Source: Bacteroidales bacterium
GTDB lineage: Bacteria > Bacteroidota > Bacteroidia > Bacteroidales > WRLA01
Direction of reading: 5' to 3'
Length of the DNA: 64,000 nt
NCBI GenBank assembly: GCA_963676415.1
Contig: OY781097.1
Coordinates: forward strand, 1,160,240-1,224,239
How positions within the stretch are numbered: the first letter of the stretch is position 1; every line of letters starts with the position of its first letter. The position numbers were made by a program, and so were the translations under genes. The notes beneath the pieces were generated by a model that ran no database searches, had not been told where the DNA came from, and saw only the letters and a list, made by a program, of their open reading frames with translations. Of the stretch, positions 57,250 to 64,000 are shown one piece after another.

Positions 57250-57813
57250 TCAGATTTCTCCTGCCTGTTCGGTGAGGTTTCCGGGGGTATCGGATACCCT
57301 AATGATGATCTTGTCGCCTTCGAGGGATTCGTTGGCGGCTGTTGCGGTGTATCGCCACCAGATTGAGCCTTCCTGAAAGACTGCTGCGCCGCTTTCTACT
57401 TCTGTTCCATCGGCGTTTTGGATGCTTACTGTAACTTCTTTTACTTCAAAGTCATCTACTGCACGAAGCTGAATGTAACTGCCGGGCTGTCCATTATAGT
57501 TACTCACATCTATTTCGTTTATTGACGGGGCATTCAGGAAGTCGGCCACAGCCACATTGTATGCTGTTTGCCCTTCCTTAGCAGCAGCCTGGTATGATGC
57601 TTTAAGCTCGGGATCGGCCGTAGCCCCTTTGGCATATAATACAGCTTCCTGAAAACGGTTACGGTGCTGTAGCTGCGCTTCCGTCCAGTGCTGCGATTTG
57701 TTTTTAGGGGCTGTTGCTACAATGGTGCGGCCTCCCCTGTTCCTGAAAACTATTAATCCACCAAGTTTCCCACCAAGGCCTGTAGTAATAATGTTGTCGC
57801 CTGCTTTTGCCAT
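57250..57813 (-). CDS. Hypothetical 187-aa protein, copy B
   Basis: See 45388-45951. Same position relative to an upstream T9SS cargo gene (888 aa). Confidence 0.65.
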   Translation of the reverse strand: MAKAGDNIITTGLGGKLGGLIVFRNRGGRTIVATAPKNKSQHWTEAQLQHRNRFQEAVLYAKGATADPELKASYQAAAKEGQTAYNVAVADFLNAPSINEIDVSNYNGQPGSYIQLRAVDDFEVKEVTVSIQNADGTEVESGAAVFQEGSIWWRYTATAANESLEGDKIIIRVSDTPGNLTEQAGEI

Positions 57814-58174
57814 AATTTATTAATTTGAATAATTTTTATTATACAAACTTCCATCTGCTTTTGCAGGGGTGAAACAAGCTGCCCGTTAAAACCGGGCAGC
57901 TTTAAAAAAATAATTTATTTAAACCAAAATTCTACCATTATGAAACAGGATTTCATTTTATAATTATCGTTTTACAAGAAACCGTTTTCTTAGCGCATTC
58001 AAAACGCAATAAATACACGCCTGGCTGAACATCAGTAACATTCACGATCAGGCTGGATTTGCCTTCTGCATTATATTTCCTTATGGTTTTGCCTTGTGCA
58101 TCCAAAAGTTCCAGCACATCAACATTCTCCTTCATATCGACATATAGTGTTCCAGAGACCGGATTTGGGTAAGC
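57303..58174. repeat. ~870-bp duplicated cassette B (partner of 45441-46319)
   Basis: See cassette A. Confidence 0.85.
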
Positions 58175-60619
58175 AAAAACATCACCAATCCTATTGGCCT
58201 GAACAGCTATTTGAGCAGTAGGTGCTTTAATCGACAATACCTTTGACTGCCCATTGTTGCAAAATACACCTAAATCATTCATATTTTGATCATATGTAGC
58301 TTCAGCCACATAGACAGCTCCTTGACTTGCATCATATATCTTCCAACTAAACTGTTCCTCAAAACTAAACCCTTCCTTATTAGGTGTTGCAAGATTGTCG
58401 CCATATGCCACTATCAAACTGCCATTATAATCATTGGCCAATTTTACAGACCCGCCGCACACTTCACTATTATTATCAAGATAAAACAAACCAAGCCAAT
58501 CCCCATTATCCAGCGGTTCGTCATTGATTGAAAGCTGTGCCGAAACAGGAATTGTGATAAAATGGGACATTGCTGTAACTTCAAAATCCCAAGGATTTGA
58601 CATACAATAAATCGAAATTCCTGATTCATCAGAAGAACCAATAACCATTTCATCAGCCACTTTATTATACGCAATACAACTACACATATTTGAGCTTAGC
58701 CCGCTATTATAAACAGATATATTTTCCCATTGGTCACCAATAATAGATGTTATCCCATCCATTGTCGCTATCCAAAGTTTTTCATCCTTATCCCAAGCAA
58801 AACCAACGACCCTATCGTCTGACAACTCTGAATTAGAAGTATTAAAAATCTCTAAACTACTGCCATCAAATTTTCCTAAACCAAAGAAAACAGATCCAAT
58901 CCAAAGAGTGTTATCATTATCAGTAGTCAAGTCAGACACCTTAATATTCCCTATTTCTTCAATATAATCTATAATGCCTCCTGGCGAAACCTTAGCCACA
59001 CCAGCATCCGTACCTATCCACACCGTTTCGTTATTGACCCACAAACACTTAATAATTGAACTCGGCAAATCGGAGTTTTGAGAATTAAAAACAGACCAGT
59101 TATTATCCTCATCAATGCTGACAAGTCCTGCCGCTGTCCCAATCCAAATGGATCTGTCTTGATCCTTCGTAATACATGTTACAATAGATGGCAATACCGA
59201 ATTACCATAATCATAATAGGTATATGTACCCTCACTAACAACTGTAATTCCACCTTCATGTCCAATCCATAAACTATCATTATCTTCATACAAAGCCGTA
59301 ACTGTCTGGTTTAAATCAGAAAATACTTCTGAAGGAAAAATATAAGAAGATTCATCATCAAACTTATATAACCCGTCAGCCGTACCGACAAGTGTGTATC
59401 CGTTTGCGCACTGAACAGTATTAATAACATTATTTGGCATTTTGCTGGGATTTGAAAAAATGCTGTGCCATACAGTTTTATCCCACCTTATTAAACAAGT
59501 ATCGTCATTAGTTTTTATTTGCTGACCAATCCAAAAATCACTCTCATTATCTTGAAAGATACTCAGAATAGGGCCAATTATCCTGGAGTTGGTTTCATCA
59601 TAGCGTTTCCAAGTACCTTCTGCTGTTAGGCAATTCAATGCTGTAGATGAAACAGGATTTGAAAAGCTTTTAAGGCAAGATATCCATTTATTATTATCGT
59701 TATCAACATAGAGGGCAAGAACCTGAGATGAAGAAGGCCCGGATTGAGAACCTATATTATCATAAATAACCCAGTTGCTGCCGTCAAAACTGGCAAGCCC
59801 TTTTGCTGCTCCAGGCATCAAATCCTCCTGATTAACTGTAAGCCAAAGAACATCATCAGAGTCAAGAATCAAATCATTCACAGTATTATGAGGTATATCA
59901 GAATTTTCTGTAGTATAAATACTCCAAAGATCTTCGTCCTCATCAAACTTAGCTAAACCACTCTGAACTGTTGAAAACCATTTCGAATTGTCTGCTCCTA
60001 TGGCAATTGCGTTTACAGTTGTTGTTGGGGCATTTAAATAGTCCTGTATTGGAACCACACCCCACTCTTCTTCTTCAGCATCAAGCACAAAAACAACATT
60101 TCCTGCTGTCTCCTTTGTTGTTGTACAAACCCAAACATTATTGTTTTGATCAATAGCCACATCATTAATTATTTCAAAATTGATTATACTATTTGTATGA
60201 TCATAAACCGTCCATATATCATTGTCAATTTTCACTAAGGCGCAATTACCATCATTTTCATCAACCCCGACTATTTTTCTTGAACATGCAACCCAAACTG
60301 AGCCATCAAAATCAACTTCTATGTCAGAGATCCCATTATAAGGAAGCACAGAATTAGTTCTGGAAAAAACCTGAACCAAACCCGTACCTAAACTCATTTT
60401 AACCAAACCGGCCTCGTTGGCCATCCATAGAAAATCTCCAGATTGCCTGATACAAGTAAGCCTGTTTGTACAGGATATGTTTTCCCACCCACTCAACTGA
60501 GCGAATGCCATTGGTGAAATAATGGCTTTTAAAATAAAACCAGTGATAATCCATAATAAGACCTTAGTTTTTTTCATGACAGAATGTGTTTTACGGTTAA
60601 ATACTTTTTTGTTCAGCAA
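57953..60619 (-). CDS. T9SS cargo protein with two-component-regulator-propeller (Reg_prop)-type repeats
   Basis: Reiterated ...(I/L)W(I/V)GT..GL..(F/Y/V)D...W..(Y/F)...NS.L.... modules. The likely start is MKKTKVLLWIITGF (60577). C-terminal AYPNPVSGTLYVDMKEN...GVYLLRFECAKKTVSCKTIIIK is a CTD. Confidence 0.8.
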   Translation of the reverse strand: MLNKKVFNRKTHSVMKKTKVLLWIITGFILKAIISPMAFAQLSGWENISCTNRLTCIRQSGDFLWMANEAGLVKMSLGTGLVQVFSRTNSVLPYNGISDIEVDFDGSVWVACSRKIVGVDENDGNCALVKIDNDIWTVYDHTNSIINFEIINDVAIDQNNNVWVCTTTKETAGNVVFVLDAEEEEWGVVPIQDYLNAPTTTVNAIAIGADNSKWFSTVQSGLAKFDEDEDLWSIYTTENSDIPHNTVNDLILDSDDVLWLTVNQEDLMPGAAKGLASFDGSNWVIYDNIGSQSGPSSSQVLALYVDNDNNKWISCLKSFSNPVSSTALNCLTAEGTWKRYDETNSRIIGPILSIFQDNESDFWIGQQIKTNDDTCLIRWDKTVWHSIFSNPSKMPNNVINTVQCANGYTLVGTADGLYKFDDESSYIFPSEVFSDLNQTVTALYEDNDSLWIGHEGGITVVSEGTYTYYDYGNSVLPSIVTCITKDQDRSIWIGTAAGLVSIDEDNNWSVFNSQNSDLPSSIIKCLWVNNETVWIGTDAGVAKVSPGGIIDYIEEIGNIKVSDLTTDNDNTLWIGSVFFGLGKFDGSSLEIFNTSNSELSDDRVVGFAWDKDEKLWIATMDGITSIIGDQWENISVYNSGLSSNMCSCIAYNKVADEMVIGSSDESGISIYCMSNPWDFEVTAMSHFITIPVSAQLSINDEPLDNGDWLGLFYLDNNSEVCGGSVKLANDYNGSLIVAYGDNLATPNKEGFSFEEQFSWKIYDASQGAVYVAEATYDQNMNDLGVFCNNGQSKVLSIKAPTAQIAVQANRIGDVFAYPNPVSGTLYVDMKENVDVLELLDAQGKTIRKYNAEGKSSLIVNVTDVQPGVYLLRFECAKKTVSCKTIIIK

Positions 60620-61043
60620 ACATAGTCCCTACTGGAACAATCACAAAAAAAACCATCTATATTTCATCTATACAGAATAATAAACCGCTGTATTTAAATT
60701 ATTTAAAAGCGAAACGAAGCACACATTATAATATTCCTGAAGGATATATCAAAGCAACAAGCCTATTTACTGACTGCCATTTTATATTAAGACCAGAGAA
60801 CTTCAACTAAATAATCCAAGTAATTTCGGATTATTTTAACACAATGTGTTTTTTAAAACCAACATACTATTTACGGCATCATAAAACATCCCTTTCATCA
60901 TCCCCACGAATACAAGATCAATTTCTTTTATGGTTCTACACGGGATTTCGTGGAAAGAAATTTGGATGCTATTTTAAATAGATTCCTCGTTCCGACCTAT
61001 CGGAATTCCTCATGCTAGATCTCGACTCCGCTTGACCACCGCT

Positions 61044-61285
61044 ATATAGTCTTTGCAAGAAAACGCCAAATTACTCATGCGGCTGTTTATTTTTAAAAGG
61101 CATTCATGAATCGCTGCGCTTATTTCTGCGTTACCCTTGCCTTGAAAAAAGTCATCCCGTATGTACGGGACTCTTTGTTTTTCAAGGCTGCGAAAGCACT
61201 TCGACAAGCTCAGCATAGCACCTTGTCTTTGACGTATTCTTATCAAAGACTCAAAAAAAGGTGTTTTCTGGCAGGCACTATATAA
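61044..61285 (+). repeat. ~250-bp dispersed repeat (partner of 37868-38119)
   Basis: See 37868-38119. Contains hairpin tcccgtatgtacggga. Confidence 0.8.
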
Positions 61286-61645
61286 GGTCTTCGAGCGGGG
61301 TCGAGAAGCCGCATTTGCATTAAAACACCTAAAAACTGTTCATTCCGCCTTCCGATAGCTATCGGGAGGGAGGAGTCTGTTGGTGTTCATTCTATTTTAT
61401 TAAGTATCTTATTTCCAGATATCTGCTTGGTATTTAATTTCAAACATTATTATTACCCACGAAATTCCTGGTAGAACCTAAAATATAGATTTTCAAGATT
61501 ATTATGATTTTTGTCATGTAGTAGGGGCCTCACCTCTGATCTACATTTAACACATGAAAAAGAAGGTTAAGCATAATATCAAAAAAAGCTGGCCTGGTAA
61601 GGCCAGCTTTTGACGCTAATAGCATTAACCAAAAATCTATGAAAA

Positions 61646-64000
61646 CTATTTCTTAATAATTTTAATTGATTTAATATTTCGATCTGTAGCTATCTTCACA
61701 ATATAACTGCCAGAAGACAAGTTTGATAAGTCAATTTGTGCAATTTTATTATATATTTCGCGCTTACAAACCTCATTTCCAAATAAATCATAAATCATAA
61801 TTTGATTTATGACTTCGTTATTTTTTATATTAAGATTGTCCTTTACAGGACTTGGATATACCAATAAATCAGGCCCATAAAATTCTGACACATTGCTAAT
61901 GTTTTTCACAATAACATTAAAGGCACATTCATCTAAAATTTCATTGCCATCAAAAACTAAATTATACTTTACGGTTGTTGTTCCTTCAGGGAATTCGGAA
62001 CCGGAATATAAGCCATCAGTTAAAATTAAATGTGTGTGATCGCTACCATTACAAACATATCCAAGTTTAAAAACACCATCCACACTGCCAATTGGATTCC
62101 AAGTTTGCCCCCCATCGATTGAAGAATAAGTCAAATCTGTTGAAACTTTGGTAGAAACCTCCCAGAAAACAGATGGTTCAACGACATGAATAGCAAGCCA
62201 GTATTTTCCAGCAGTAAGTTCAATCGGATTTGGCAGATTCATTACAACTTCATATACGGGATAGTTGCCTGCAGCAAGTGTCCCTATTTCAGTTTGAGAT
62301 GAATAAGAAAGATTCTCAAAAGAAGCAATAACCGAACCTGGATTTCCATTATTGTCATTATAGAAATAGATATTTGCTCTGGAAGATTGATTAGCAAGAT
62401 TAGGAATAACGCTGGTTATATACATAGTGTCCCCAGCAGGAACAGTAAAATCATTTGCTGTAATGTATTCATTGGAAACAGAATAAGCATTTTCAAGATT
62501 TCCTTCAAAATCCAACTTACATATTGCTTCATGATCTTCACATTCAAAAGCGACGTCGTACTCTACTGCTGCCGAACCAGAAACGGTTTCAACAGTAATA
62601 TCATTTGGACAATCAGAAAAATTACACACAGGCGTGTTTATTATATCAACATCAAATGTACATACATCTAAAATATTGTCATGATATATTAAATTATGAG
62701 TAACAGTAGTTTTTCCTACCGGGAATTCAGAACCGGATTCCAAACCTTCAACCAGGACTATTTCAGTTTCTCCACTTGGGTCTATAGCACATTCATAGGC
62801 TACTTTGAAAACACCGTCATGCCCATCATTTGCTTCCCAGGAAGTGCCGGAATTAAATGTTGAATAGGCTACTTCTGTTGTAATGTCAGAAGTGGTTTCC
62901 CAGTAGATCAGCGGACCGCCTATATTTAAGCCTAACCAATATTTTCCTCCTTCAAGTTCCACCGATTCAGGAAGGTCCAGCACACATTCATAAACCGGAT
63001 ATTCTGAAATGGAACCCACTTCTGTTTGTGAGGTATAGGCCACGTTTTCGAATGAAGTAACCAGCTCCCCGGGAGTGCCGTTATTATCGGCATAAAAATA
63101 AATGTTGGCCCCGCTTGTAATCATGGCACGGACTATATTGGCCGTAACCTGTGTAACTGTGGAGGTGCTTCCTATGGGCAGATCAAAATCATTGGCCACA
63201 ACCGGGTTTGCTACAGGTAAAAAATTCTCGCTGTTGCCTGTGTATTCAAGCTCACAGATACCACTCATATTTTCGCAATTAAACGCCACATCGTATTCTA
63301 CAACTGCCGAGATGGTGTTTACTTCCAAACTAATATCATCTGGGCACTCAGTAAAAATACAATCTGGCAAAATTTCTGTTACAGTAACATCAAATACACA
63401 AGCATCCAAGACAACTCCATTATACTCCAGATTGTGCTTTACCCTGGTTGTCCCTACCGGAAATTCAGAACCGGATTCCAAGCCTTCAACCAGGACTATT
63501 TCAGTTTCTCCGCTTGGGTCAACAGCACATTCATAGACTACTTTGAAGACACCGTCATGCCCGTCATTTGCATCCCAGGAAGTGCCGGAATTAAATGTTG
63601 AATAGGCTACTTCTGTTGTAATGTCAGAGGTGGTTTCCCAGTAGATCAGCGGACCGCCAATATTTAAGCCTAACCAATACTTTCCTCCTTCAAGTTCCAC
63701 CGATTCAGGAAGGTCCAGCACACATTCATAAACCGGATATTCTGAAATGGAACCCACTTCTGTTTGTGAGGTATAGGCCACGTTTTCGAATGAAGTAACC
63801 AGCTCCCCGGGAGTGCCGTTATTATCGGCATAAAAATAAATGTTGGCCCCGCTTGTAAACATGGCACGGACTATATTGGCCGTAACCTGTGTAACTGTGG
63901 AGGTGCTTCCTTCGGGCAGATCAAAATCATTGGCCACAACCGGGTTTGCTACAGGTAAAAAATTCTCGTTGTTGCCCGTGTATTCAAGCTCACAAATACC
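61646..64000 (-). CDS. T9SS cargo protein with tandem ~246-aa modules (HYR-like subdomains); 5' end lies beyond the window
   Basis: The frame stays open to base 64000, and the track M at 63937 is internal. Modules read ANDFDLP.GSTSTVTQVTANIVRAM.TSGANIYFYADNNGTPGELV...GSEFPVG.T.V.HN. C-terminal LLVYPSPVKDNLNIKNNE...GSYIVKIATDRNIKSIKIIKK is a CTD. Confidence 0.8.
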   Translation of the reverse strand, partial: GICELEYTGNNENFLPVANPVVANDFDLPEGSTSTVTQVTANIVRAMFTSGANIYFYADNNGTPGELVTSFENVAYTSQTEVGSISEYPVYECVLDLPESVELEGGKYWLGLNIGGPLIYWETTSDITTEVAYSTFNSGTSWDANDGHDGVFKVVYECAVDPSGETEIVLVEGLESGSEFPVGTTRVKHNLEYNGVVLDACVFDVTVTEILPDCIFTECPDDISLEVNTISAVVEYDVAFNCENMSGICELEYTGNSENFLPVANPVVANDFDLPIGSTSTVTQVTANIVRAMITSGANIYFYADNNGTPGELVTSFENVAYTSQTEVGSISEYPVYECVLDLPESVELEGGKYWLGLNIGGPLIYWETTSDITTEVAYSTFNSGTSWEANDGHDGVFKVAYECAIDPSGETEIVLVEGLESGSEFPVGKTTVTHNLIYHDNILDVCTFDVDIINTPVCNFSDCPNDITVETVSGSAAVEYDVAFECEDHEAICKLDFEGNLENAYSVSNEYITANDFTVPAGDTMYITSVIPNLANQSSRANIYFYNDNNGNPGSVIASFENLSYSSQTEIGTLAAGNYPVYEVVMNLPNPIELTAGKYWLAIHVVEPSVFWEVSTKVSTDLTYSSIDGGQTWNPIGSVDGVFKLGYVCNGSDHTHLILTDGLYSGSEFPEGTTTVKYNLVFDGNEILDECAFNVIVKNISNVSEFYGPDLLVYPSPVKDNLNIKNNEVINQIMIYDLFGNEVCKREIYNKIAQIDLSNLSSGSYIVKIATDRNIKSIKIIKK
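62453..64000. repeat. Intragenic tandem repeat, period 738 bp (2 full copies plus the start of a third at the window edge)
   Basis: attggccacaaccgggtttgctacaggtaaaaaattctcg occurs at 63191 and 63929. About 470 bp of each unit are near-identical (63929->~63455 vs 63191->~62717). 63941-64000 repeats 63203-63262. Confidence 0.85.

Overview
This 64-kb chromosomal window comes from a Bacteroidota-like genome. Seven ORFs end in T9SS/Por type-A C-terminal sorting domains (CTDs), and the F-ATPase operon is atpBEFHAG without atpDC. Layout, left to right. (1) 0.4-6.2 kb: a cluster of T9SS cargo paralogues bracketed by a ~145-bp direct repeat. One paralogue is split by an apparently intact IS3-family element (3760-5203) with imperfect terminal inverted repeats, a 3-bp ATG target duplication and an A_AAA_AAG frameshift site. 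(2) 6.2-13.0 kb: housekeeping genes (DUF1232 protein, atpBEFHAG, ferritin, secreted glutaredoxin-like protein). (3) 13.1-17.4 kb: a visibly AT-richer accessory island. A minus-strand operon (sigma-70-like protein, acidic 113-aa protein, ImmA/IrrE metalloprotease) faces a plus-strand four-gene operon. That operon holds a 57-aa basic ORF missing from the ORF track, a 2TM beta-rich effector (Cap15/S-2TMbeta-like), a CD-NTase and an E2-only Cap2-like protein, i.e. a type II-short CBASS. The two operons share a control region containing a perfect 10-1-10 palindrome. I consider the protease/sigma-like module beside CBASS the best candidate for an undescribed regulatory system. (4) kbl. (5) 18.85-20.88 kb: about five composite hairpin-rich repeat units with an embedded IS200-like/RAYT tyrosine transposase. 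Related palindromic elements are scattered through most intergenic regions of the window. (6) A ~2000-aa alpha-2-macroglobulin-like protein with no visible thioester motif. (7) 28-37.6 kb: small accessory enzymes, including a TetR-ALDH-SDR unit with two similar operator-like palindromes, an RlmJ-like protein and a DUF4386 pseudogene. (8) 38.5-64 kb: giant T9SS cargo genes (1901, 2012, 888 and >785 aa), an AraC/TPR regulator, and cysE-cysK. cysE has a terminator-bearing leader and cysK has an apparent frameshift at an A7 run. An ~880-bp cassette (CTD-coding end, hairpin spacer, 187-aa ORF) is present twice in this part. I found no rRNA, tRNA or CRISPR array by eye. All homology calls rest on motif recognition in the translated ORFs, not on database searches.
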